DNA of 15,386 nucleotides from a virus: UHGV virus genome UHGV-0250646; one strand, 5' to 3'. Shown piece by piece: positions 1 to 12,832 of this stretch (position 1 is its first letter; each line of letters starts with the position of its first letter). The notes under the pieces were generated by a model. It saw only the letters and a program-made list of their open reading frames with translations, ran no database searches and was not told where the DNA came from. The position numbers and the translations under genes were made by a program.

Positions 1-1
1 A

Positions 2-377
2 TGGTATGCCGAAAGGGATGCTGAAATTGAGAACGAAAAGCTGCGCCGGGAAGTTGAAGAACTGCGGCAGGCCAGCGAGACAGATCTCCAGCCAGGGACT
101 ATTGAGTACGAACGCCATCGACTTACGCGTGCGCAGGCCGACGCACAGGAGCTGAAAAATGCCAGAGACTCCGCTGAAGTGGTGGAAACCGCATTCTGTA
201 CTTTCGTGCTGTCGCGGATCGCAGGTGAAATTGCCAGTATTCTCGACGGGATCCCCCTGTCGGTGCAGCGGCGTTTTCCGGAGCTGGAAAACCGACATGT
301 TGATTTCCTGAAACGGGATATCATCAAAGCCATGAACAAAGCAGCCGCGCTGGATGAACTGATACCGGGGTTGCTGA

Positions 378-403
<26 letters not shown>
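2..403 (+). CDS. Nu1: Terminase small subunit, C-terminal portion (5' end lies upstream of the window)
   Basis: Frame is open from position 2 to the TGA at 401-403 with no stops. Translation (…EIENEKLRREVEELRQAS…SEYIEQSG) matches the C-terminal part of lambda gpNu1 as I recall it. Overlaps the start of A by 26 nt, as in lambda. Confidence 0.9.
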
Positions 404-4084
<3,681 letters not shown>

Positions 4085-4104
<20 letters not shown>

Positions 4105-5404
4105 TCTCCCGCATATTGCCAGCATGGCCTTTAATGAGCCGCTTATGCTTGAACCCGCCTATGCGCGGGTTTTCTTTTGTGCGCTTGCAGGCCAGCTTGG
4201 GATCAGCCGCCTGACGGATGCGGTGTCCGGTGACAGCCTGACTGCCAGAGAGGCACCCGCGAAGCTGGCGTTATCCGTTAATGATGACGTACCACGACAG
4301 GCCCGCAGTTATCAGGTCATGAACGGCATCGCCGTGCTGCCGGTTTCCGGCACGCTGGTCTGCCGGACGCGGGCGCTGCAGCCGTATTCGGGGATGACCG
4401 GTTACAACGGCATTATCGCCCGTCTGCAACAGGCTGCCAGCGACCCGATGGTGGACGGCATTCTGCTGGATATGGACACGCCCGGCGGAATGGTGGCAGG
4501 GGCATTTGACTGCGCTGACATCATCGCCCGTGTGCGTGACATAAAGCCGGTATGGGCGCTGGCCAATGACATGAACTGCAGCGCAGGTCAGCTGCTTGCC
4601 AGTGCCGCCTCCCGGCGTCTGGTCACGCAGACCGCCCGGACAGGCTCCATCGGCGTCATGATGGCTCACAGTAATTACGGTGCTGCGCTGGAGAAACAGG
4701 GCGTGGAAATCACGCTGATTTACAGCGGCAGCCATAAGGTGGATGGCAACCCCTACAGCCATCTACCGGATGATGTCCGGGAAACACTGCAGTCCCGGAT
4801 GGATGCAACCCGCCGGATGTTTGCACAGAAGGTGTCGGCATATACCGGCCTGTCCGTGCAGGCTGTGCTGGATACCGAGGCTGCAGTGTACAGCGGTCAG
4901 GAGGCCATTGATGCCGGACTGGCTGATGAACTTGTTAACAGTACCGATGCGATCACCATCATGCGTGATGCACTGGATGCACGTAAATCCCGTCTCTCAG
5001 GAGGGCGAATGACCAAAGAGACTCAATCAACAACTGTTTCAGCCACTGCTTCGCAGGCTGACGTTACTGGCGTGGTGCCAGCGATGGAGGGCCAAAACGC
5101 CAGCGCGGCGCAGCCGGACGTGAACGCGCAGATCAACGCTGCGGTTGCGGCAGAAAACAGCCGCATTATGGGGATCCTCAACTGTGAGGAGGCTCACGGA
5201 CGCGAAGAACAGGCCCGCGTGCTGGCAGAAACCCCCGGTATGACCGTGGAAACGGCCCGCCGCATTCTGGCCGCAGCACCACAGAGTGCACAGGCGCGCA
5301 GTGATACTGCGCTGGATCGTCTGATGCAGGGGGCACCGGCACCGCTGGCTGCAGGTAACCTGGCATCTGATGCCGTTAACGATTTGCTGAACACACCAGT
5401 GTAA
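4085..5404 (+). CDS. C: Prohead protease / minor capsid protein C (S49/ClpP-like serine protease family), 439 aa
   Basis: GTG at 4085 preceded by AGGAGG (4073-4078) gives MTAELRNLPHIASMAFNEPLMLEP…, matching the lambda gpC N-terminus. Overlaps the 3' end of B by 20 nt as in lambda. The six-frame track's ATG at 3950 lies inside B and is not the real start. Confidence 0.93.
4799..5404 (+). CDS. Nu3: Scaffolding protein Nu3, nested in-frame within the 3' third of C
   Basis: In lambda, Nu3 is translated from an internal in-frame start in C. An in-frame ATG at 4799 (MDATRRMFAQKV…) sits at the position expected from lambda coordinates. No strong SD is visible, so the exact start is uncertain. Confidence 0.6.
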   Translation: MDATRRMFAQKVSAYTGLSVQAVLDTEAAVYSGQEAIDAGLADELVNSTDAITIMRDALDARKSRLSGGRMTKETQSTTVSATASQADVTGVVPAMEGQNASAAQPDVNAQINAAVAAENSRIMGILNCEEAHGREEQARVLAETPGMTVETARRILAAAPQSAQARSDTALDRLMQGAPAPLAAGNLASDAVNDLLNTPV

Positions 5405-5413
5405 GGGATGTTT

Positions 5414-5746
5414 ATGACGAGCAAAGAAACCTTTACCCATTACCAGCCGCTGGGCAACAGTGACCCGGCTCATACCGCAACCGCGCCCGGCGGATTGAGT
5501 GCGAAAGCGCCTGCAATGACCCCGCTGATGCCGGATACCTCCACCCGTAAGCTGGTTGCGTGGGATGGCACCACCGACGGTGCTGCCGTTGGCATTCTTG
5601 CGGTTGCTGCTGACCAGACCAGCACCACGCTGACGTTCTACAAGTCCGGCACGTTCCGTTATGAGGATGTGCTCTGGCCGGAGGCTGCCAGCGACGAGAC
5701 GAAAAAACGGACCGCGTTTGCCGGAACGGCAATCAGCATCGTTTAA
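5414..5746 (+). CDS. D: Head decoration protein D, 110 aa
   Basis: ATG at 5414 with AAGGG SD at 5403-5407 gives [27 protein letters not shown]…, matching lambda gpD. The alternative ATG at 5408 has no spacer to the SD. Confidence 0.95.
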   Translation: MTSKETFTHYQPLGNSDPAHTATAPGGLSAKAPAMTPLMPDTSTRKLVAWDGTTDGAAVGILAVAADQTSTTLTFYKSGTFRYEDVLWPEAASDETKKRTAFAGTAISIV

Positions 5747-5763
5747 CCTTACCCTTCATCACT

Positions 5764-5790
5764 AAAGGCCGCCTGTGCGGCTTTTTTTAC
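5764..5790 (+). terminator. Intrinsic-terminator-like hairpin between D and E
   Basis: AAAG-GCCGC-ctgt-GCGGC-TTTTTTT: 5-bp GC stem (5768-5772 / 5777-5781) with 4-nt loop, flanked by an A-tract and a 7-T run, 17 nt after the D stop. Probably read through under late antitermination; may act as an mRNA stability or partial termination element. Confidence 0.5.
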
Positions 5791-5801
5791 GGGATTTTTT
5801 T

Positions 5802-6827
5802 ATGTCGATGTACACAACCGCCCAGCTGCTGGCGGCAAATGAGCATAAATTTAAGTTTGATCCGCTGTTTCTGCGTCTCTTTTTCCGTGAGAGCTATCCC
5901 TTCACCACGGAGAAAGTTTATCTCTCACAAATTCCGGGACTGGTAAACATGGCGCTGTACGTTTCGCCGATTGTTTCCGGTGAGGTTATCCGTTCCCGTG
6001 GCGGCTCCACCTCTGAATTTACGCCGGGATATGTCAAGCCGAAGCATGAGGTGAATCCGCAGATGACCCTGCGTCGCCTGCCGGATGAAGATCCGCAGAA
6101 TCTGGCGGACCCGGCTTACCGCCGCCGTCGCATCATCATGCAGAACATGCGTGACGAAGAGCTGGCCATTGCCCAGGTCGAAGAGATGCAGGCAGTTTCT
6201 GCCGTGCTTAAGGGCAAATACACCATGACCGGTGAAGCCTTTGATCCGGTTGAGGTGGATATGGGCCGCAGTGCGGCGAACAACATCACACAGTCCGGCG
6301 ACACGGAGTGGAGCAAGCGTGACAAGTCCACGTATGACCCGACCGACGATATCGAAGCCTACGCGCTGAACGCCAGCGGCGTGGTGAATATCATCGTGTT
6401 TGACCCGAAAGGCTGGGCGCTGTTCCGTTCCTTCAAAGCCGTCAGGGAGAAGCTGGATACCCGTCGCGGCTCTCATTCCGAACTGGAGACAGCGGTAAAA
6501 GACCTGGGCAAAGCGGTGTCTTATAAGGGAATGTATGGCGATGTGGCCATCGTCGTGTATTCCGGACAGTACGTGGAAAACGGCGTCAAAAAGAACTTCC
6601 TGCCGGACAACACGATGGTGCTGGGTAACACTCATGCACGCGGTCTGCGCACCTATGGCTGCATTCAGGATGCGGATGCACAGCGCGAAGGCATTAACGC
6701 CTCTGCCCGTTACCCGAAAAACTGGGTGACCACCGGCGATCCGGCGCGTGAGTTCACCATGATTCAGTCAGCACCGCTGATGCTGCTGGCTGACCCTGAT
6801 GAGTTCGTTTCCGTACAACTGGCGTAA
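5802..6827 (+). CDS. E: Major capsid protein E (HK97 fold), 341 aa
   Basis: ATG at 5802 gives MSMYTTAQLLAANEHKFKFDPLFLRLFFRESYPFTTEKVYLSQIPGLVNMALYVSPIVSGE…, near-identical to lambda gpE and the same length. Confidence 0.97.
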   Translation: MSMYTTAQLLAANEHKFKFDPLFLRLFFRESYPFTTEKVYLSQIPGLVNMALYVSPIVSGEVIRSRGGSTSEFTPGYVKPKHEVNPQMTLRRLPDEDPQNLADPAYRRRRIIMQNMRDEELAIAQVEEMQAVSAVLKGKYTMTGEAFDPVEVDMGRSAANNITQSGDTEWSKRDKSTYDPTDDIEAYALNASGVVNIIVFDPKGWALFRSFKAVREKLDTRRGSHSELETAVKDLGKAVSYKGMYGDVAIVVYSGQYVENGVKKNFLPDNTMVLGNTHARGLRTYGCIQDADAQREGINASARYPKNWVTTGDPAREFTMIQSAPLMLLADPDEFVSVQLA

Positions 6828-6830
6828 TCG

Positions 6831-6852
6831 TGGCCCTTCGGGGCCATTTTCT
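6831..6852 (+). terminator. Terminator-like UUCG-tetraloop hairpin immediately downstream of E
   Basis: TGGCCC-ttcg-GGGCCA (6831-6846): 6-bp stem with a UUCG tetraloop, followed by TTTTCTCTCT. Starts 4 nt after the E stop and ends before the FI SD. Confidence 0.45.
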
Positions 6853-6868
6853 CTCTGTGGAGGAGTTC

Positions 6869-7255
6869 ATGACGAAAGATGAACTGATTGCCCGTCTTCA
6901 GGAGCTGGGTGAGCAACTGAACCGTGATGTCAGCCTGACGGGAACGAAAGAAGAACTGGCGCTCCGTGTGGCAGAGCTGGAAGAGGAGCTTGATGACACT
7001 GCCGATCAGGATACCCCTATCAGCCCGGAAAATGCGCTGACCGGACATGAAAATGAGGTTGTATCAGCGCAGCCGGATACCGTGACTGATACGGCTGATC
7101 TGGTCACGGTTGTGGCACTGGTGACGCTGCATACTGATGCACTTCACGCCACGCGGGATGACACTGTGGCATTTGTGCTGCCGGGAACGGCGTTCCGTGT
7201 CTCTGCCGGTGTGGCAGCTGAAATGACAGAGCGCGGCCTGGCCAGAATGCAATAA
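6869..7255 (+). CDS. FI: DNA-packaging/head assembly accessory protein FI
   Basis: ATG at 6869 preceded by GGAGG (6858-6862) gives MTKDELIARLQELGEQLNRDVSLTGTKEELALRVAELEEELDD… …AFRVSAGVAAEMTERGLARMQ, matching lambda gpFI termini. The acidic central linker differs and is a few residues shorter than I recall for lambda. Confidence 0.9.
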   Translation: MTKDELIARLQELGEQLNRDVSLTGTKEELALRVAELEEELDDTADQDTPISPENALTGHENEVVSAQPDTVTDTADLVTVVALVTLHTDALHATRDDTVAFVLPGTAFRVSAGVAAEMTERGLARMQ

Positions 7256-7266
7256 CGGGAGGCGCT

Positions 7267-7620
7267 GTGGCTGATTTCGATAACCTGTTCGATGCTGCCA
7301 TTGCCCGCGCCGATGAAACGATACGCGGGTACATGGGAACGTCAGCCACCATGACATCCGGTGAGCAGTCCGGCGCAGTAATACGTGGTGTTTTTGATGA
7401 CCCTGAAAATATCAGCTATGCCGGACAGGGCGTGCGCGTTGAAGGCTCCAGCCCGTCCCTGTTTGTCCGGACTGATGATGTGCGGCAACTGCGGCGTGGA
7501 GACACGCTGACCATCGGTGAGGAAAACTTCTGGATAGACCGGGTTTCGCCGGATGATGGTGGAAGCTGTTATCTCTGGCTCAACCGTGGGCAACCACCCG
7601 CTGTTAACCGGCGACGATAA
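7267..7620 (+). CDS. FII: Head completion protein FII, 117 aa
   Basis: GTG start at 7267 with GGGAGG SD (7256-7261). MADFDNLFDAAIARADETIRGYMGTSAT… matches lambda gpFII in sequence and length. Confidence 0.93.
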   Translation: MADFDNLFDAAIARADETIRGYMGTSATMTSGEQSGAVIRGVFDDPENISYAGQGVRVEGSSPSLFVRTDDVRQLRRGDTLTIGEENFWIDRVSPDDGGSCYLWLNRGQPPAVNRRR

Positions 7621-7635
7621 ACGCAGGGTGAAATT

Positions 7636-8211
7636 ATGGCGATAAAAGGGCTTGATCAGGCGATTGATAATCTGAGCCGGGTTCGTAAAAACGCCATTCC
7701 GGCTGCTTCTGCAATGACCATTAACCGCGTGGCCACAACGGCGATTAATCAGTCTTCGTCACAGGTTGCCCGGGAAACCAGGGTGAGACGGAAACTGGTA
7801 AAGGAACGGTCCAGACTGAAACGGGCGACGGTCAGAAATCCGAATGCCAGAATTATCGTTAACCGCGGTGATCTCCCTGTGATTAAGCTGGGGATCAGAA
7901 TGCTGGGGCGTCGTCCGAACAGCATACTCAAAGCCGGTCAGCATCGTTATCAGCGGGCATTTATCCAGCGATTAAATAATGGGCGCTGGCATGTTATGCA
8001 ACGTCTTCCCCAGGCCAGATATGAGGAGGGCAATGACGACAAGGGAAGGAAAAAGCGTAATCGCCTTCCCATTCAGGTGGTGAAAATCCCGATGGCGGCC
8101 CCACTGAAACAGGCATTTGATGAGAATGTTGACCGTATCCGGCGTGAACGCCTGCCTAAAGAACTGGCATACGCGCTGAAACAACAACTGAGGATTGCAA
8201 TAAAACGATGA
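7636..8211 (+). CDS. Z: Tail completion protein Z, 191 aa
   Basis: MAIKGLDQAIDNLSR… …[21 protein letters not shown] is gpZ-like at both termini, with a divergent basic central segment. Syntenic position between FII and U; ATGA overlap with U. Confidence 0.9.
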   Translation: MAIKGLDQAIDNLSRVRKNAIPAASAMTINRVATTAINQSSSQVARETRVRRKLVKERSRLKRATVRNPNARIIVNRGDLPVIKLGIRMLGRRPNSILKAGQHRYQRAFIQRLNNGRWHVMQRLPQARYEEGNDDKGRKKRNRLPIQVVKIPMAAPLKQAFDENVDRIRRERLPKELAYALKQQLRIAIKR

Positions 8212-8603
8212 AACACACTGACATTCGTGCCGCAGTGCTGGATGCACTCGAGCAGCATGAACACGGGGCGACGCTGTTTGATGGTCGCCCCGTTGTTTTT
8301 GACGAAGAGGATTTTCCTGCGATCGCGGTTTATCTGACGGATGCAGAGTATACCGGTGAAGAGCTGGATGCAGATACCTGGCGGGCCACGCTGCATATTG
8401 AGGTGTTTTTACCGGCACAGGTACCGGATTCAGAGCTTGATCAGTGGATGGAAAGCCGGATTTACCCGGCGATGACTGCGATCCCGGCACTGGCAGGACT
8501 GATTACCACGATGGTTACGCAGGGCTATGAGTATCGTCGTGATGACGATATGGCGTTATGGAGTTCTGCAGATCTGACTTATTCCATTACATACGAGATG
8601 TGA
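8208..8603 (+). CDS. U: Tail tube terminator protein U, 131 aa
   Basis: [52 protein letters not shown]… matches lambda gpU in sequence and length. Confidence 0.93.
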   Translation: MKHTDIRAAVLDALEQHEHGATLFDGRPVVFDEEDFPAIAVYLTDAEYTGEELDADTWRATLHIEVFLPAQVPDSELDQWMESRIYPAMTAIPALAGLITTMVTQGYEYRRDDDMALWSSADLTYSITYEM

Positions 8604-8610
8604 GGACGAT

Positions 8611-9363
8611 ATGGCAACACCAAATCCCCTTGAGCCGGTAAAAGGTGCCGGTACCACTCTGTGGGTTTACAACGGCAAGGGTGATGCTTATGCAAACCCG
8701 TTGTCAGACGATGACTGGCAGCGACTGGCTAAGGTGAAGGATCTGACGCCGGGCGAGATGACGGCAGAATCCTACGATGATAACTACCTGGATGATGAAG
8801 ACGCGGACTGGACCGCGACCGGGCAGGGGCAGAAATCTGCAGGTGATACCAGTTTTACGCTGGCCTGGAAACCGGGAGAGGAAGGCCAGAAAGGGCTTAT
8901 AGGCTGGTTTGAAAGCGGCGATGTCCTGGCCTATAAAATCCGTTTTCCGAATGGCACGGTGGATGTGTTTCGTGGCTGGGTCAGCAGTATCGGTAAGGCC
9001 GTGACGGCGAAAGAAGTGATCACCCGCACGGTGAAAGTCACTAACGTGGGTAAACCTTCTGTAGCGGAAGAACGCAGCAAAATTACGCCGGTCAGTGCGA
9101 TTAAGGTGACGCCGACATCCGGTACGGTGGCAAAAGGGAAAACAACCACCCTGACGGTTTCTTTTGAGCCGGAAAGTGCAACCGACAAGACGTTCAGAGC
9201 GGTTTCCGCCGATCCGTCGAAAGCCACCATTAGTGTGAAAGATATGACAATTACGGTAAACGGCGTGGCGACAGGTAAGGTGCAGATCCCTGTGGTGAGC
9301 GGAAATGGTCAGTTCGCCGCAGTGGCTGAAGTCACCGTTACTGAAGCGGGCGCTGCAGGGTAA
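8611..9363 (+). CDS. V: Major tail tube protein V with C-terminal Ig-like (Big_2-type) domain, 250 aa
   Basis: [57 protein letters not shown]… matches lambda gpV. The C-terminal ~90 aa (…[44 protein letters not shown]…) has the Big_2 Ig-like pattern. GAGGA SD upstream. Confidence 0.95.
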   Translation: MATPNPLEPVKGAGTTLWVYNGKGDAYANPLSDDDWQRLAKVKDLTPGEMTAESYDDNYLDDEDADWTATGQGQKSAGDTSFTLAWKPGEEGQKGLIGWFESGDVLAYKIRFPNGTVDVFRGWVSSIGKAVTAKEVITRTVKVTNVGKPSVAEERSKITPVSAIKVTPTSGTVAKGKTTTLTVSFEPESATDKTFRAVSADPSKATISVKDMTITVNGVATGKVQIPVVSGNGQFAAVAEVTVTEAGAAG

Positions 9364-9376
9364 ACGGAGGTAATAC

Positions 9377-9799
9377 ATGTTTCTGAAAACAGAACAATTT
9401 GAATATAACGGTATGTCCGTCACGCTTTCCGAATTGTCTGCGCTGCAGCGGTTTGATTATATAAAGTTTGTTTCAGACGCAGAACAACAGGAGACAACGA
9501 AGCATGATGTCGTGCACATTAACCAGCGATATCTGGAAACGGCATCCCTGCTTGTGGCGATGTCGCTATGGCATACCCATTCCCTCAAAGGCACTCTGGC
9601 CTCTCCGGAGACAGAGATGCAGCAGATCCGCCGTGAAGTGATGCTGGGATGGCCTGCTGATGCACTGAATCAGGCAACGAACCGGGTGCTTTATCTTTCA
9701 GGTATGCTGGATAACCGGCACGATGCCGATCCTGAACAAACCGGGAAAGCAGAAGCGACTGAGCCGGTAACATCAAAAAAGCATTCGAAGGCGAGCTGA
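9377..9799 (+). CDS. G: Tail assembly chaperone G, 140 aa
   Basis: ATG at 9377 with GGAGG SD (9365-9369). MFLKTEQFEYNGMSVTLSELSALQR… with conserved LVAMSLWH motif; syntenic between V and T/H. Carries the slippery heptamer near its 3' end. Confidence 0.9.
   Translation: MFLKTEQFEYNGMSVTLSELSALQRFDYIKFVSDAEQQETTKHDVVHINQRYLETASLLVAMSLWHTHSLKGTLASPETEMQQIRREVMLGWPADALNQATNRVLYLSGMLDNRHDADPEQTGKAEATEPVTSKKHSKAS
9775..9781 (+). other. Programmed -1 ribosomal frameshift slippery heptamer A AAA AAG (G to G-T)
   Basis: In the G frame the codons AAA AAG (9776-9781) are preceded by A (9775), forming an X-XXY-YYZ heptamer. The -1 frame is open from 9763 (after TGA at 9760-9762) to the TGA at 10237-10239, so slippage here fuses G residues 1-135 to the T frame. 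Confidence 0.75.
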
Positions 9800-10239
9800 A
9801 CTTTGTCCTGAAACTGGCGCGAGAGATGGGGAGACCCGACTGGCGCGCCATGCTTGCCGGGATGACATCCACCGAATATGCCGACTGGCGACGTTTTTAC
9901 TGCACGCATTATTTTCAGGATACCCAACTGGACGCTCATTTTTCCGGGCTGATGTACGCCGTACTCAGCCTGTTTTTTGGCGATCCGGATATGCATCCGG
10001 CGGATTTCAGTCTGCTTGCTCCAGCGTGTGAGGAAGAGCAGACGGAGATGCCGGACGAGGAAGAAATGCTGATGCAGAAAGCGACAGGAGTTGCCGGAGG
10101 CGTCCGGTTCAGAGGGGACGGAGGGCGCGATATTTCACCTTCTGCGGATGTGGTGGATGTCAGCGAGGATGATGTTGCATTAATGATGGCTTCAGCGGGG
10201 ATTTCCGGAGGTGTGAGATATGTCCCAGCCAGCGGGTGA
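9781..10239 (+). CDS. T: T-frame portion of tail assembly chaperone gpGT, made only by -1 frameshift from G (fusion about 287 aa)
   Basis: The -1 frame after the slip site reads AFEGELNFVLKLAREMGRPDWRAMLAGMTSTEYADWRRFYCTHYF… to the stop at 10237-10239, recognised as lambda gpT-like. It overlaps the H start by 20 nt. The internal ATG at 9826 is probably not used independently. Confidence 0.85.
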   Translation, partial: AFEGELNFVLKLAREMGRPDWRAMLAGMTSTEYADWRRFYCTHYFQDTQLDAHFSGLMYAVLSLFFGDPDMHPADFSLLAPACEEEQTEMPDEEEMLMQKATGVAGGVRFRGDGGRDISPSADVVDVSEDDVALMMASAGISGGVRYVPASG

Positions 10240-12832
10240 TCTGGTTATTGATTTGAGTCTGGATGCGGCCCGGTTTGATGAACAGATGGCCCGGGTACGC
10301 CGTCATTTTTCCAGTCTGGAGGCGGATGCCAGAAAAACCGCCAGTACTGTTGAACAGGGGCTGAGCCGACAGGCGCTGGCTGCACAAAAAGCCGGGATAT
10401 CAGTCGGACAGTATAAGGCTGCCATGCGCACACTGCCCGCACAGTTCACGGATATTGTCACTCAGCTTGCCGGTGGTCAGAATCCCTTCCTTATCATGCT
10501 GCAGCAGGGGGGGCAGATCAGCGATTCATTCGGTGGACCGCTCAGCCTGCTTACCCTGCTGAAGGAGGAACTTCTCGGGATCAGGGATGCCTCTGAATCA
10601 TCAGAGGAGTCGCTGTCAGATACGGCAAATGCACTGGCTGAAAATGCCCGGAATGCCGGTGAGCTGGGACGATTTATGTCGGTGGCCCGTGTGGCGGCAG
10701 GTGGCGGGGTTGCCGTACTGGCCGCGCTTGCTGCCGCCGCCTGGCAGGCAGAGCAGGCTGACCGGGCCTTATTGCGTTCACTGATCCTGACCGGAGGGGC
10801 GGCTGCCACCACAACGGCAGAATTGTGGAAAATGGCCGGGGTGATCAGCGATGAAGCCGGTGGTGGTATCAGACAGGCGGCAGAAAATCTGGCCCGTCTG
10901 GCAGAAAGCGGGAAATATACCGCCGGGCAGCTACGGATCATGGGGGAAACCTCTCAGAGATGGCTGCAGACGGTGGGGGACGATGCCGGGAAGGTGGAAA
11001 AAGCCTTTGAAGGGATTGCAGCAGATCCGGTGAAGGCGCTGGCCTCCCTGAATCAGCAGTATAACTTCCTGAGCGTTTCCCAGTTACGCCATATTGATGA
11101 GCTTGAGCGCACGAAAGGTAAACAGGCTGCGGTGACGGAGGCGATGTCCCTGTTTGCGGATGTCATGAATGCACGTCTGGAGCAACTTGATAAAGCGGCC
11201 ACGCCGGTGGAAAAAATCTGGGACGATGTTAAAACCTGGACTTCTGACGCATGGGCATGGATAGGTGATCATACACTGGGGGCACTCAGTCTGATCACTG
11301 ACGTGGTGGCCGGAACCGTTGAACAGGTGAAGCTGCTGCTTGTGCAGGGGGATCTGGCGCTGGCTGAATTTATTCAGTCAGCCTGGGAAACGACAAAGAA
11401 TGTGCCCGGCGTTGGTGCGTTGTTTGGTGAACTGGCAGAAGAGAACCGCGTATTTATTGAGAAAACAAAACGCGATGAACTGGCGCTGAGAAAATCCATT
11501 GCGGAACGGGATGCGCGTATACGCCAGGGGGAAATGGGGTACATCAACCGCTCGCGTGCAACAGGCGTCAGCAAAGGTCCTGGGCAGCAGGAAGCCGTCA
11601 GCCGTCTGGCTGAAGAGCTGACAGGTAAAAAGCATACATCACCGAAAACGCGCTCTGCCGGGGAGAGGGAAGAGGAGCAGGCAAGAGAGGCTCTGCTTGC
11701 CCTTGAAGCTGAGCTCAGGACGCTGGAAAAACACAGCGGTGCGAATGAGAAAATCAGCCGGCAGCGCCGTGATTTATGGAAGGCGGAAAGTCAGTATGCG
11801 GTCCTGAAAGAGGCTGCCACGAAACGGCAGTTATCTGAGCAGGAAAAATCCCTGCTGGCCCATGAGAAAGAAACGCTGGAGTACAAACGCCAGCTGGCTG
11901 AGCTGGGCGACAAGATTGAACACCAGAAACGGCTGAATGAGCTGGCACAGCAGGCGGCGCGGTTTGAACAGCAGCAGAGCGCGAAGCAGGCGGCAATCAG
12001 CGCAAAAGCCCGCGGACTCACCGACCGTCAGGCGCAGCGGGAGTCGGAAGAGCAGCGCCTTCGTGAGGTGTACGGTGATAATCCGGTTGCGCTGGCGAAG
12101 GCCACATCTGCACTGAAGAACACCTGGTCTGCGGAGGAGCAGCTTCGTGGAAGCTGGATGGCCGGGATGAAGTCCGGCTGGGGCGAGTGGGCGGAAAGTG
12201 CGACGGACAGTTTTTCGCAGGTTAAAAACGCGGCCACGCAGACCTTTGACGGTATTGCACAGAATATGGCAGCGATGCTGACCGGCAGCGAACAGAACTG
12301 GCGTGGTTTCACCCGTTCTGTGCTGTCCATGCTGACAGAGATTTTTCTGAAGCAGGCGATGGTGGGGATAGTCGGGAGTATCGGCAGCGCCATTGGCGGG
12401 GCTGTTGGTGGCGGCGCATCCGCGTCAGGCGGTACAGCCATTCAGGCTGCGGCGGCGAACTTCCATTTCGCGACCGGGGGATTTACGGGGACGGGGGGTA
12501 AATATGAACCTGCGGGGATTGTTCATCGCGGGGAGTTTGTCTTCACGAAGGAGGCGACCAGCCGGATTGGTGTCGGCAATCTGTACCGCCTGATGCGGGG
12601 CTATGCGGAAGGTGGTTATGTCGGCGGTGCCGGAAGTCCGGCGCAGATGCGGCGGGCGGAAGGCATTAATTTTAATCAGAACAATCACGTGGTGATTCAG
12701 AACGACGGCCCCAACGGGCGGGCAGGGCCGCAGCTGATGAAAGCGGTGTATGAGATGGCCCGCAAGGGGGCACAGGATGAACTCCGGCTGCAGTTGCGTG
12801 ATGGCGGTATGTTATCAGGGAGCGGTGGATGA
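10220..12832 (+). CDS. H: Tail tape measure protein H, 870 aa
   Basis: MSQPAGDLVIDLSLDAARFDEQMARVRRHF… is lambda gpH-like. Long helical/coiled-coil-type central region, Gly-rich hydrophobic segment (GSIGSAIGGAVGGGASASGG) and conserved C-terminal region. ATGA overlap with M. Confidence 0.95.
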   Translation: MSQPAGDLVIDLSLDAARFDEQMARVRRHFSSLEADARKTASTVEQGLSRQALAAQKAGISVGQYKAAMRTLPAQFTDIVTQLAGGQNPFLIMLQQGGQISDSFGGPLSLLTLLKEELLGIRDASESSEESLSDTANALAENARNAGELGRFMSVARVAAGGGVAVLAALAAAAWQAEQADRALLRSLILTGGAAATTTAELWKMAGVISDEAGGGIRQAAENLARLAESGKYTAGQLRIMGETSQRWLQTVGDDAGKVEKAFEGIAADPVKALASLNQQYNFLSVSQLRHIDELERTKGKQAAVTEAMSLFADVMNARLEQLDKAATPVEKIWDDVKTWTSDAWAWIGDHTLGALSLITDVVAGTVEQVKLLLVQGDLALAEFIQSAWETTKNVPGVGALFGELAEENRVFIEKTKRDELALRKSIAERDARIRQGEMGYINRSRATGVSKGPGQQEAVSRLAEELTGKKHTSPKTRSAGEREEEQAREALLALEAELRTLEKHSGANEKISRQRRDLWKAESQYAVLKEAATKRQLSEQEKSLLAHEKETLEYKRQLAELGDKIEHQKRLNELAQQAARFEQQQSAKQAAISAKARGLTDRQAQRESEEQRLREVYGDNPVALAKATSALKNTWSAEEQLRGSWMAGMKSGWGEWAESATDSFSQVKNAATQTFDGIAQNMAAMLTGSEQNWRGFTRSVLSMLTEIFLKQAMVGIVGSIGSAIGGAVGGGASASGGTAIQAAAANFHFATGGFTGTGGKYEPAGIVHRGEFVFTKEATSRIGVGNLYRLMRGYAEGGYVGGAGSPAQMRRAEGINFNQNNHVVIQNDGPNGRAGPQLMKAVYEMARKGAQDELRLQLRDGGMLSGSGG

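Noticed and set aside
5775-5801. N-terminal extension of E (MRLFLRDFF…) and the ATG at 5408 as the D start
   Set aside because: The E extension would begin inside the D-E terminator hairpin and T-run. The recognised gpE N-terminus begins MSMYTT at 5802. For D, the ATG at 5414 has proper SD spacing and gives the recognised MTSKETF N-terminus.
6830-6868. Upstream GTG start for FI (MALRGHFLSVEEF…)
   Set aside because: It would start 3 nt after the E stop and run through the terminator-like hairpin. The ATG at 6869 has a GGAGG SD and gives the recognised FI N-terminus MTKDELIARL.
9743-9749. GGGAAAG as the G-T frameshift site
   Set aside because: Zero-frame register is GGG AAA, not GGA AAG, and the -1 frame has a TGA at 9760-9762 immediately downstream, so slippage here cannot give gpGT. 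The A AAA AAG at 9775-9781 is in the correct register.
9826-10239. T as an independently initiated 137-aa protein from the ATG at 9826
   Set aside because: There is no SD upstream, and in this phage family the T reading frame is expressed only as the gpGT frameshift fusion. The ATG is an internal Met of the fusion.
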